A model generated the notes under the pieces. That model had not been told where the DNA came from and ran no database searches. It saw nothing but the letters and a program-made list of their open reading frames with translations. Made by a program: the position numbers and the translations under genes. This document shows positions 9,095 to 18,134 of a stretch of DNA of 64,000 nucleotides, in pieces. Where the stretch lies: NCBI GenBank assembly GCA_041649335.1, contig JBAZNF010000001.1:21285-85284 (forward strand). Reading direction: 5' to 3'. Numbering within the stretch: the stretch's first letter is position 1; the number at the start of each line of letters is the position of its first letter. This DNA comes from Patescibacteria group bacterium (GTDB lineage Bacteria > Patescibacteriota > Patescibacteriia > UBA10025 > JAHIVO01).

Positions 9095-9811
9095 ATGGAA
9101 CAGGGCGAAAACAGCAGTGACCAGGTTTCCGAATTGCAAAAAAAAGCCCGGCGGTGGAAGGCGTTGTTTGTTGTGATCGCCGCGGTGGTAGTAGTGCTTT
9201 TGTCACTGGGTGTGTATTTTTATGTCTTAGTCAGGAAAAATATTGAAATCGTCAATGGGGGCGCTGATACGAACCAATCAACAATTGCAGAGGTCGACTC
9301 ACCCGATGCCCCGTATACCGGAAGTGCGGATTCGCCGGTGGTAGTAGTGGAGTTCTCCGATTTCCAGTGTCCGTATTGCGAACAGGCGTTTCCGGTAGTG
9401 CGGGAGCTGATAAATTTTTACGGCGATAGGATCAAGTTCGAGTACCGCAATTTCCCTATTTCAGAAAGCCATCCGGACGCGCAGAAAGCAGCCGAGGCCG
9501 GCCTCTGCGCCCAAAATCAGGGGAAATTCTGGGAGTTGCATGACAAGATGTTCATAAATCAGTCTGATCTGTCCGTGTTGGCCCTAAAAAATTACGCCAA
9601 AGAGATCAACCTGGATTCGGCAAAATTTAATACTTGCCTGGATAGCGGAGCATTCGCCCAGAGAGTCCAGAAGGATTTCCAGGACGGTCTATTTGCCGGG
9701 GTGCAGGGGACGCCGACATTTTTCGTCAACGGGCAAATCCTGCAGGGTGTTCCGACATTCGCCGACATGCAGGGGGCAATTGACCAATTATTGTCTTATT
9801 ACGGCCGATAA
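9095..9811 (+). CDS. Membrane-anchored DsbA-like thiol:disulfide oxidoreductase (thioredoxin fold, CPYC)
   Basis: N-terminal TM (ALFVVIAAVVVVLLSLGVYFYVL) and the active site FSDFQCPYCEQAF. Confidence 0.8.
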   Translation: MEQGENSSDQVSELQKKARRWKALFVVIAAVVVVLLSLGVYFYVLVRKNIEIVNGGADTNQSTIAEVDSPDAPYTGSADSPVVVVEFSDFQCPYCEQAFPVVRELINFYGDRIKFEYRNFPISESHPDAQKAAEAGLCAQNQGKFWELHDKMFINQSDLSVLALKNYAKEINLDSAKFNTCLDSGAFAQRVQKDFQDGLFAGVQGTPTFFVNGQILQGVPTFADMQGAIDQLLSYYGR

Positions 9812-9891
9812 GATACACTATACTGGTTATTACTGATTTGGGGGGGAAGCGGTTGGTGCGGCTCAAGAATTCGTTTTTGACCCCTAGCGCT

Positions 9892-9919
9892 TTGACTGGC
9901 GGGGGTGGTGTGCTACAAT
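9892..9919 (+). promoter_or_regulatory. Sigma70-like promoter (TTGACT-16-TACAAT) for the second dsbA-like gene
   Basis: TTGACT at 9892-9897, TACAAT at 9914-9919. Confidence 0.45.
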
Positions 9920-9977
9920 AATAAGCACAAACGTTAGTAGTATTTAATAAAGAATAATAATTAAATAATTATATAGT

Positions 9978-10745
9978 ATGTCAGATATGAAGAATTTTGA
10001 CGAAAAGCCGCAGGCAGTCATTTTTAAGACTCCACCTCGCATGGCTTTCATTACCGGCATTTTAGCCGGGGTTACGCTCACGTCATTGGTGGCATTTGTC
10101 ATGACGTATTCATTGTTACGGACAAAGATCGACGATAGTAACAGCAATACCAACCAGGCCGCTGCAGCCCAGGCGAACTCCAATTCAGCCGCTGTCGCAG
10201 ATACCAATACGGCCCCAACTGTCGCAGATATCACCATAAAACCGACTGATTATGTCCGGGGTGATACCAATGCGCCGGTAACGCTGGTGGAATATTCGGA
10301 TTTTGAATGTCCGTATTGTGAGTCGTTGGCCACGACGCTGGATCAGGTCATGACTGATTATCAGGGGAAGGTAAAATTGGTATACCGGTATTTTCCCTTG
10401 ACCAGCATTCATCCCAATGCCCAAAAATCGGCTGAGGCGGCTGAATGCGCAGGGGCGCAAGGCAAGTTTTGGGAAATGCATGACAAGTTGTTTGAGAACC
10501 AGAGCGCGTTGGCGGTGACTGACTTGAAGCAATATGCTAAGGATTTAGGATTGAACACCACGACATTCAACAATTGTTTGGATAACGGCACGGCTACGGC
10601 CCGCGTGAACAGCGACGAGCAGGAGGGGATCAATTATGGCGTACAGGGGACGCCTGCAACGTTCATCAACGGCACGCTGGTCTCCGGGGCTTTGCCATAT
10701 TCCAGCTTTAAATCAGCCATAGACGCTGCATTGGCTAATACCTAA
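9978..10745 (+). CDS. Second membrane-anchored DsbA-like oxidoreductase (CPYC), tandem paralog
   Basis: Active site YSDFECPYCESL, an N-terminal TM, then an Asn/Thr/Ala-rich linker. Confidence 0.8.
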   Translation: MSDMKNFDEKPQAVIFKTPPRMAFITGILAGVTLTSLVAFVMTYSLLRTKIDDSNSNTNQAAAAQANSNSAAVADTNTAPTVADITIKPTDYVRGDTNAPVTLVEYSDFECPYCESLATTLDQVMTDYQGKVKLVYRYFPLTSIHPNAQKSAEAAECAGAQGKFWEMHDKLFENQSALAVTDLKQYAKDLGLNTTTFNNCLDNGTATARVNSDEQEGINYGVQGTPATFINGTLVSGALPYSSFKSAIDAALANT

Positions 10746-10770
10746 GGATACATAACAATAGCTTGAGGCA

Positions 10771-11559
10771 ATGTTTTTACATACATTCCACCCACAAGCT
10801 ATTGCACTGACAATCGGAGAAGTCTCTGTTCACTGGTACGGCATCAGTATCGCTACAGCCGTTGCCATTGGCCTGATCACTACACTATACACATTCACGA
10901 AGAAGCAGGTTGATACGACCCATGTCTACAACCTGTTTTTTCTTATTTTATTTTTTGGGTTGTTTGGCGGCCGGATTGGCCATGTTATCGGCGAGTGGTC
11001 GTACTATCATGACCACACTGCCGAATTGGCGAGTATTTGGCATGGCGGGCTGGCTATCCACGGAGTATTGGCCGGCGCATTAGTGGCCGTGTGGATATAC
11101 GCTCGGGTGAAGCGCCTGTCCTTCTGGTTGCTGACTGACCTGATGGTGGTGGCCCTGCCCGTGATGCAGGCTGTCGGCCGGTGGGGGAATTATTTCAATC
11201 AGGAGCTCTACGGCCGGCCGACATCAAGCGGATGGGGCATCCCGATTGATCCGGCATTCCGTGAACCGGGGTATGAGTCGTATGCATTTTTTCACCCGTT
11301 GTTTTTATATGAGTCCGGGCTGATGCTGATGGTATTCGGGCTGATGGCCTGGCTTTTTTTTAAAGCAAAAATACGTCCAGGGGCACTGACCGCCATTTAT
11401 TTTGTTCTTTTTTCAATTGTGCGGTTTATGTTGGACTATATCCGTCTGCACAAGCCGATGCTCGGTGTTCTCAGCGAAACGCAATGGTTGAGCCTAGTCA
11501 TTTTTTTCTTGGCCGTTTTTGGCCTCTGGCGACTCTATCGCCAGCCCACGACGGCATAA
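10771..11559 (+). CDS. lgt: Prolipoprotein diacylglyceryl transferase
   Basis: Polytopic, with the Lgt signature GGRIGHVIGE...GRWGNYFNQELYG. Confidence 0.85.
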   Translation: MFLHTFHPQAIALTIGEVSVHWYGISIATAVAIGLITTLYTFTKKQVDTTHVYNLFFLILFFGLFGGRIGHVIGEWSYYHDHTAELASIWHGGLAIHGVLAGALVAVWIYARVKRLSFWLLTDLMVVALPVMQAVGRWGNYFNQELYGRPTSSGWGIPIDPAFREPGYESYAFFHPLFLYESGLMLMVFGLMAWLFFKAKIRPGALTAIYFVLFSIVRFMLDYIRLHKPMLGVLSETQWLSLVIFFLAVFGLWRLYRQPTTA

Positions 11560-12038
11560 AGCAAACCGAAAAAAATTATAATCTGGACGGCAATCCCTAG
11601 CCAGATGCTTTTACAATGGCGGTCAATCAGGTTGTGGATATACCTATGAAAGTCATTGACATGTTTAAGGACAGTAAAAATTCCTATTCGTCCCGTCTCT
11701 GGTTGGGGGCGTCTGGAAATGAAAAAACCGATAAACAGGAGCAGGTCAGGCAGGACACTGGCCATCAGTACCGGCAGCAGCGTTGTAATTTTTGGCAGGA
11801 CGCCGGTTTGCCAGAGGATGGCCAATAGAATCAATGTGCCAAACAAGTCCGCGCCCACGACATAAGCCATGCGCCGGTTACCGGGGCCCCGTGCCATCCA
11901 TGGGCCCAGGTGTTTGTCGCCGTGAGGGATCAAATCAAGAAAATAATGCGATAATAGTGCGAGGCCGATAGCCGGCCACATGCTTGGCATGCGCTGGCAG
12001 ATGGCGATGCCGGCTAAAACATGGGTGGTCGCAAACAT
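11535..12038 (-). CDS. Membrane-bound metal-dependent hydrolase-like protein (YdjM/DUF457-like)
   Basis: Polytopic with an HxxxD...H pattern. Assignment is by overall similarity only. Confidence 0.5.
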   Translation of the reverse strand: MFATTHVLAGIAICQRMPSMWPAIGLALLSHYFLDLIPHGDKHLGPWMARGPGNRRMAYVVGADLFGTLILLAILWQTGVLPKITTLLPVLMASVLPDLLLFIGFFISRRPQPETGRIGIFTVLKHVNDFHRYIHNLIDRHCKSIWLGIAVQIIIFFGLLYAVVGWR

Positions 12039-12056
12039 ATTTATTACATTGGGGAA

Positions 12057-12947
12057 TTATGCGCTGACGATGGCCAATAGTACAACCGCTATTAGGGAGA
12101 TGGCAATGCCATAATATTGATGGCGGTCCAGTTTTTCCCGATTCAGCATGACACCCAGCAGCGCTGCCAGAGCGATGTAGCATTCAGTTATCGCTATGGT
12201 GATTGAAATGGGGATTTTGGTTACCGCGTAGGCGTATGCTACCCATGCGGCGTTGTCGAAAATTCCCTGAAAAATGACGGGCGGCCAATGTTCACGGGTG
12301 AGGCTGAAAGTTGATTTCAATTGGCCGCGATATGCAATCCAGATGAAACAGAGGGTGGTCAGGATTATGTCCACGCCCCAGATGGCCAGCAGCGGATCGG
12401 TGCGCCGGCTCAATACACCGGTTAATACATTGGTAAATGCGGCAGCGACTGTTCCGATGATGGCAATAATCACGCCCTGCTCGAGGAACGTGCGGTGGCG
12501 AAATATGTTCCACCAGTGTTGAGGATCCCGTCGTAATACCGTCACCAGCAAGCCGATAAAAACGAGGATGATCAGCCAGAGCTGCATAGAAGTGACGGTT
12601 TCTCCGATGATAATCAGGCCGATGATGATGGTCAGTGGCAATTCAAAGCTCGCGACCGGTTCAATGACCGACAGTTTGCCGCGGCGGAACGCCTCCAACA
12701 ACAGGATGGAATAGGTGGCAGCGATGAATACGGTCCAGGCCAGAAGTGGCAGGATATGTGTTGTTTTGGCGAGTTCGGGGATGCGGTGCCACACTAACGG
12801 CAGTAAGCCGACAGATCCGATGAGACTGATATAGAACAAAGTCGGTATCGCCCCGATGATCCGGGTGGATTTTTGGATGATATAGTCACCGAATCCCCAG
12901 GCGAGGAGGGCGACAAGCGCAGCCAATAAGCCTTCTGTTTGGTGCAT
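12057..12947 (-). CDS. DMT-superfamily (EamA-like) transporter
   Basis: About 10 TM in two EamA-like halves. Confidence 0.75.
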   Translation of the reverse strand: MHQTEGLLAALVALLAWGFGDYIIQKSTRIIGAIPTLFYISLIGSVGLLPLVWHRIPELAKTTHILPLLAWTVFIAATYSILLLEAFRRGKLSVIEPVASFELPLTIIIGLIIIGETVTSMQLWLIILVFIGLLVTVLRRDPQHWWNIFRHRTFLEQGVIIAIIGTVAAAFTNVLTGVLSRRTDPLLAIWGVDIILTTLCFIWIAYRGQLKSTFSLTREHWPPVIFQGIFDNAAWVAYAYAVTKIPISITIAITECYIALAALLGVMLNREKLDRHQYYGIAISLIAVVLLAIVSA

Positions 12948-13083
12948 AGAAATTTTTCATTATTACCATTAAGTATAGCATGGGTTGATTATGAACCAGA
13001 ATGACTGCCCTGCGGCCTTGCGTTTTTCCGGGTATTACCCTATACTGCCAAAGAACCCTTACAAGGGTTTTTCTATACCTCAT

Positions 13084-13158
13084 CGCCGGGTAGAGCAGTG
13101 GCAGCTCGCGGGGCTCATAATCCCGAGGTCGGGGGATCGAATCCCCCCCCGGCAACCA
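13084..13158 (+). tRNA. Initiator tRNA-fMet (anticodon CAU)
   Basis: Cloverleaf with CAT in the anticodon loop, a C1xA72 mismatch, and three consecutive G-C pairs at the base of the anticodon stem (GGG/CCC). These are the bacterial initiator hallmarks. Confidence 0.85.
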
Positions 13159-13199
13159 ATAAACAATTCTAAATTATAAAGCCAGTCCACCTGACTTAG

Positions 13200-13276
13200 G
13201 CCAGGGTAGCTCAGTTGGTTAGAGCGTGGGACTCATAAGCCCAAGGTCGTGGGTTCAACTCCCACCCCTGGTACCA
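13200..13276 (+). tRNA. tRNA with CAU anticodon (elongator Met, or Ile2 if lysidinylated)
   Basis: Cloverleaf GCCAGGG...CCCTGGT-A-CCA with anticodon loop CTCATAA and an encoded CCA. Confidence 0.8.
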
Positions 13277-13429
13277 GGTAATATGACCTGTGATCCAAAA
13301 AATACTCCTTAACGATGTTAAAGGGTATTTTTTGGTAATGCCTTATCTTTTTGTTTGGATTATTTTTTATCGTTATATGTTGGGTTTCAAGGCAATTAAT
13401 GACAACAAAGCCAGGCCGGCATCTGTTAT

Positions 13430-13512
13430 GCCGGGAGGGAGGGTCGAACTCCCATGACCTTGCGGTCGCAGGATTTTGAGTCCTGTGCGTCTGCCAATTC
13501 CGCCATCCCGGC
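13430..13512 (-). tRNA. tRNA-Leu (anticodon CAA), class II with long variable arm
   Basis: Reverse complement reads GCCGGGATGGCGGAATTGGCAGACGCACAGGACTCAAAATCCTGCGACCGCAAGGTCATGGGAGTTCGACCCTCCCTCCCGGCA. Confidence 0.85.
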
Positions 13513-13575
13513 ATATATGAGATTCTATTAGAAATAACTGTCTATGTCAACGGTTTTTTGCTATAATTACCCAAT

Positions 13576-14343
13576 ATGCCACGAGTCATTGCCATCGTCA
13601 ACCAGAAGGGCGGTGTGGGAAAAACCACAACTGCCGTTAATGTCGCTGCGTACTTGGCTCACCTTGGCAAATTTGTCCTGCTCGTCGATATGGACCCCCA
13701 AGGCAACGCTTCATCCGGCATTGGCATTGATTACCGTACAATCGACCGGGGCGTATACCATCCGTTAGTCAGCGATATGTCTTTTAATGATGTAGTTCAG
13801 CCCACCACCGTCGATGGGTTACGGGTGGCGCCGTCAACATCCGATTTGGCCGGTGCCCGCGTGGAACTCGTGGAGCTGGAAACGCGTGAGTTTCGGCTGC
13901 ATAACGCGATTTTGGAGATACGCCATGATTATGACTATATTATCATCGATTGTCCGCCCAGCCTGTGCCTCCTGACGGTAAATGGTTTAGTGGCGGCCGA
14001 TGAGGCGCTCATACCCGTACAGACAGAGTATTACGCTCTTGAGGGGCTGAGCCAGCTCTTGGAGACAATTGACCTGGTGCAAAAAAATCTGAAACCTGAC
14101 CTTAAAATTTTAGGGGCGGTCATGACCATGTATGACGAACGCAGCCGGCTTTCCAAAGAAGTGTTTAATCAGCTGTACCAGTTTTTCCCCAATAAAATAT
14201 TCCGGACCGTCATTCCGCGCAACGTACAGTTGGCGGAAGCGCCAAGTTACGGGCAAAGTATCCTGCATTATGACCGCCGGTCATCAGGCGGCCGGGCGTA
14301 CGAACGCCTTGCCCGTGAAATTATAGAACAGGAAATTAACTAA
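13576..14343 (+). CDS. parA: Chromosome partitioning ATPase ParA/Soj
   Basis: Deviant Walker A KGGVGKTT and the ParA family core. Confidence 0.95.
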   Translation: MPRVIAIVNQKGGVGKTTTAVNVAAYLAHLGKFVLLVDMDPQGNASSGIGIDYRTIDRGVYHPLVSDMSFNDVVQPTTVDGLRVAPSTSDLAGARVELVELETREFRLHNAILEIRHDYDYIIIDCPPSLCLLTVNGLVAADEALIPVQTEYYALEGLSQLLETIDLVQKNLKPDLKILGAVMTMYDERSRLSKEVFNQLYQFFPNKIFRTVIPRNVQLAEAPSYGQSILHYDRRSSGGRAYERLAREIIEQEIN

Positions 14344-14354
14344 CTGCATATTCT

Positions 14355-15209
14355 ATGAATACATCCAGTCTGGGTCGAGGTTTGGGCTCGCTGATCCCTC
14401 CCCGAAACAGGAATACCAATGAGTCGGATACGCGGCCAATCCATCAGGGAGTCAATGAGATAGACATCAGTGATATTCAGCCGAATCCCCACCAGCCGCG
14501 CCAGAGTTTTGACCGGGCAGCGCTGGATGATCTCATGGGGTCGATAAAAATCCACGGAATTATCCAGCCGTTAGTGGTCATCCAGGCCCGCGGAGGGTAC
14601 CAGCTCATTGCTGGCGAACGACGGCTGCGGGCGGCAAAACTGCTCGGGCTGAAAAAAGTGCCGGTAGTCATGCGGACAGCAACGGAACAGCAAAAACTGG
14701 AAATTGCGATTGTAGAAAATGTCCAACGGCAGAGCCTGAATCCGGTTGAACGGGCTAAAAGCTATCAGCGGCTGATTGACGAATTCAATCTGACTCAGGA
14801 AGAGGTCAGCAAGAAAGTCGGGCAAAGCCGGGTCGCCGTAACCAATGCGCTGAGGCTGCTCACCTTGCCACGAGAAATCCAGCAGGCGCTGGCAGACGGC
14901 AAGCTGACGGAAGGGCACGCCAAAGCGCTATTGTCCGTTGATTCCCCGGCTGAGCGGGAAAAATTATTTAGGGAAATATTGAAAGGTGGGATGTCCGTGC
15001 GCGTCACGGAATCCCAAGCGCGCAAGGTGACGTTCCGGCAGCACGCCCGTCGCAGTAAAGATCCGAATATTCAGGAAAAGGAAGATGCGCTCCAGGCGTC
15101 ATTAGGCACAAAAGTGGACATCAAACGGCGCGGCAAACAGGGGACTATTGTCCTGCATTTTTATTCAAATGAGGAGCTACAGTCAATTATCAGGAAAATT
15201 ACCGATTAA
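14355..15209 (+). CDS. parB: Chromosome partitioning protein ParB/Spo0J
   Basis: ParB box GERRLRAA and an HTH. Confidence 0.93.
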   Translation: MNTSSLGRGLGSLIPPRNRNTNESDTRPIHQGVNEIDISDIQPNPHQPRQSFDRAALDDLMGSIKIHGIIQPLVVIQARGGYQLIAGERRLRAAKLLGLKKVPVVMRTATEQQKLEIAIVENVQRQSLNPVERAKSYQRLIDEFNLTQEEVSKKVGQSRVAVTNALRLLTLPREIQQALADGKLTEGHAKALLSVDSPAEREKLFREILKGGMSVRVTESQARKVTFRQHARRSKDPNIQEKEDALQASLGTKVDIKRRGKQGTIVLHFYSNEELQSIIRKITD

Positions 15210-15210
15210 C

Positions 15211-17316
15211 ATGGGTATTTTGGGGCATATACAACGATGGGTCGGCCTGGACCACGAGAGTGCGTATGTACGCCAGGTACGCTGGATTATCCGGGTCGTG
15301 GTCATATTAATACCGGTTTTTTTCCTGCCCGTTGGAAATTTTCCTCAGGAATTAAATAAAACGCTGATTTTTAACTTGCTCATTTGGCTGGCGGCTGGGA
15401 TTTTTTTATTCGGCTTGCTGGTAAAAAAATCCGGACGTTTGTATGTCCACCCCATCGGCTGGTTGCTTGTTTTGCTGGGGGTATGTATCCTGGTCAGCGG
15501 CTTATTGTCGTTAAATCTTTATGCCAGTTTTATCGGTTCGGGCGGGGTGTACAGCACGAATGTGGTAACCTGGTTATCCTATCTGTTTTTTGTTGTCCTT
15601 CTGAGCGTCAGCGTACGCTCCCATGATGAACGGGTGTGGCTTGTCAGCGGCCTGGTTCTGAGCGGGTCGCTGGCCGTAGCGTTCGGAGTCTTTCAGGGGT
15701 ATGGCCTGCATCTCTTGCCCTGGAGCGTGACTCAGGATCTCCGGTTCAATATGATTGCGGCCTCATCCCTGACTTCAGCGGTCGTCGCTGCCTTGTTTAG
15801 CGTTTTAGCCTTAATGTTGTTTTGGCAGTACCGGCAGAGAGTATGGAAAGTCGTTTGGGCATGTTTAGTAGGGCTGAATGTCCTGGCCGTCATGATGTCC
15901 GAGAAATCATTGGCAGTTATTATTCTGCTTTTCATGCTGTTCATTTTTTCGGTAACCGTGGCTTGGCAGGCAAAGAAATTCGCATCATGGGAAATATTGG
16001 TGCCGCTGGCTGCCCTAGTCGTGTTAGCTGTGGGCCTGCTTATTCGATTCCCTCAATTGACGCACGTACAGAACAGCACCAGTTTATTGCTGGACCAGCG
16101 TTCATCTATGAGTATTGCTTGGCGGAGCGTAAGTCGTTCTCCGGCCTGGGGTTCCGGTCCCCAGACTTTTGCCGAAGATTTCCAGAGTTATCGCCCGGCT
16201 AGTTTCAATGATACGCAAATTGCGGGCGTTCGGTTTAATAAATCAGGCAGCGAATGGTGGGGACAGTTGGCTACGTTAGGGACGGTGGTCGTACTGGTGC
16301 AATTGGTAATTGGCGCGTGGTTTTTACTGCTGGCCGGCAAACGGTTGTATGCTGACTGGCGCGTCAAGGACCGCCAGTGGGCATGGTCGCTGGGTATGGT
16401 TGCCGTATCTTTGGGTTTATGGGTGTTGTTTTTTTCCATGCCATTCAATGCCTGCCTGTATGTGATCTGGTGGTTTTGGTGGGGGGTCAATATTCGGCTG
16501 CTTCAGTCTCGGTCCGGCCGTGAAAAGGAGGTCGTATTCAGTCAATTTCGGTTCAAATGGTTTTTACTCGGTGGGGGGCTGGTGGTAGTTTTTATTGTTA
16601 TCATTTTCATCGGGTACGCTGGCATAAAAGTTTGGTTGGCTGATTATTATTTTTTCCAGGCGAACCAGCGTATCCAGCAGCAAGCCAGCATCGAAGACGT
16701 GCAGCTCTTGTTGCGCGGAGCGATTGCACAAAATCCGAACGAACCGGCATATTTCATTACTTTGGCGCAGGGATATGCCACTGCAGCCCAGCTGGAAGCT
16801 GGCAAAACTGACCAAGATAAGACCGTGATACAGCAGGCTGTCCAGGGTGTCGTTGATGCCCTCAAACAGGCACGTGATGCAGCCCCGCATAATGCCATCG
16901 TCTATGAGCAAACCGCCGGTTTGTATGACGGGCTCCGCAATATCATCGGAAACGCGAACGATCTGGCCATCACCGCATATTCGGAGCTGACGGAATTGGA
17001 GCCGACAAATCCCATGGCGTTCCTCAATCTCGGGCGAGCGCAATTGCTCCAGTCGCAGCAACTGGCGCCATCAGACACTGAAGGTGATACGGTCAGGTCG
17101 TCGGCGCTGGTTGCCACTGCGCTGGACAATTTCAGGACCGCCAAATCACTTCAAACTGATTATTATTTAGCGGACGTGAATATCGCCTTTGCACTAGAGG
17201 CGCAAGGGGATCTGGTTGGCGCGAAATCGGCACTGGAGGAGGCTCAGCGCATCAAGCCGGATGACGCCTCGATCTCGGACGCATTAAGCCAAAAAATAAA
17301 CACCCCACAGGAATAG
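15211..17316 (+). CDS. Wzy_C-type (O-antigen ligase/O-oligosaccharyltransferase-like) polytopic membrane protein with C-terminal TPR domain
   Basis: About 12 TM, a large periplasmic loop, and C-terminal TPR-like repeats. The start was taken at the Met immediately after the parB stop; the ORF-track start at 15148 would overlap parB. Confidence 0.7.
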   Translation: MGILGHIQRWVGLDHESAYVRQVRWIIRVVVILIPVFFLPVGNFPQELNKTLIFNLLIWLAAGIFLFGLLVKKSGRLYVHPIGWLLVLLGVCILVSGLLSLNLYASFIGSGGVYSTNVVTWLSYLFFVVLLSVSVRSHDERVWLVSGLVLSGSLAVAFGVFQGYGLHLLPWSVTQDLRFNMIAASSLTSAVVAALFSVLALMLFWQYRQRVWKVVWACLVGLNVLAVMMSEKSLAVIILLFMLFIFSVTVAWQAKKFASWEILVPLAALVVLAVGLLIRFPQLTHVQNSTSLLLDQRSSMSIAWRSVSRSPAWGSGPQTFAEDFQSYRPASFNDTQIAGVRFNKSGSEWWGQLATLGTVVVLVQLVIGAWFLLLAGKRLYADWRVKDRQWAWSLGMVAVSLGLWVLFFSMPFNACLYVIWWFWWGVNIRLLQSRSGREKEVVFSQFRFKWFLLGGGLVVVFIVIIFIGYAGIKVWLADYYFFQANQRIQQQASIEDVQLLLRGAIAQNPNEPAYFITLAQGYATAAQLEAGKTDQDKTVIQQAVQGVVDALKQARDAAPHNAIVYEQTAGLYDGLRNIIGNANDLAITAYSELTELEPTNPMAFLNLGRAQLLQSQQLAPSDTEGDTVRSSALVATALDNFRTAKSLQTDYYLADVNIAFALEAQGDLVGAKSALEEAQRIKPDDASISDALSQKINTPQE

Positions 17317-17329
17317 GCCGGTCAGTGTA

Positions 17330-17358
17330 TTGACAAGCAATTACGACTTTGCTAACCT
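17330..17358 (+). promoter_or_regulatory. Sigma70-like promoter TTGACA-17-TAACCT
   Basis: Lies about 190 nt upstream of the 17553 gene, implying a long leader. Confidence 0.4.
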
Positions 17359-17552
17359 TACCCTAAATCAACAGTTTTTGCGTACCTTGAAAGATTAAGA
17401 AACCGTTTTTTCCGTTGGCAGGAAGCCAATGGACAGGTTCAATAAACCCTTCATGTCACGTCCGCGAGGAGGAAGACGTGCCTCACCATGGGGAACTTGG
17501 TTAGGTTAAACGGTAGTTGACCGTAATTCGCAACCATCAATAAGGAGTACTC

Positions 17553-18077
17553 ATGTCCAAAAAACTGAGCATCCTTCTGCTGGTGGCAGTGGTAGTCATG
17601 GCTCTGGTAAGCGTCGCGATTGCTTACCCGAACCCGTACAAGACGGCGCAAGATCAGGCGCCCGGGAACGCTATTTCCCTGATGAACGCTATATCGACCA
17701 CTGCCAACGACCAGTCGCCGCCGGCCATTACCGATACCGGCCCGACTATTTCGATGAATTCGAATCTGAAGAACGACCAGTCGCCGGCGTCCGATTCCAC
17801 GATCACCGGAACGAACGGCGCCGCGAAGAACGATGAAGAAACCACCCAGAAATCGATGATTACCACGACGGCTCTCGGAAACAGCCCGCCTGCTGACGAA
17901 ATCGGCCTGTTTTCGAGTTCGCATGCTACGATGAGCAGAGCGCCAGCCTACAGGGAAGTGGGGTTTGTCTACATTGGTGATCAAGGTCAGGCGGGCTCCG
18001 GCCTCAACGGGAGCATGTATACGGTAAATTCGAATCTGGTCCAGCAGGGCAACGCGGCGGCAGTGCGCACCGGTTAG
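17553..18077 (+). CDS. Secreted low-complexity repeat protein (signal peptide; KNDQSP repeats)
   Basis: Strong RBS AAGGAG and the signal peptide MSKKLSILLLVAVVVMALVSVAIA. Confidence 0.6.
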   Translation: MSKKLSILLLVAVVVMALVSVAIAYPNPYKTAQDQAPGNAISLMNAISTTANDQSPPAITDTGPTISMNSNLKNDQSPASDSTITGTNGAAKNDEETTQKSMITTTALGNSPPADEIGLFSSSHATMSRAPAYREVGFVYIGDQGQAGSGLNGSMYTVNSNLVQQGNAAAVRTG

Positions 18078-18134
18078 TACGCCAGTTCGCCGACGGTTTC
18101 TGCAGCGCCATCAGGTGCTGTGCAGTATTCTACA

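Noticed and set aside
13233-13514. 93-aa minus-strand ORF
   Set aside because: It overlaps the tRNA-Leu(CAA) gene and the inverted-repeat terminator; this is an artefact of the tRNA region.
15148-15210. Upstream start of the Wzy_C/TPR gene overlapping the parB 3' end
   Set aside because: It would overlap parB by 62 nt. A Met immediately after the parB stop gives a normal junction.
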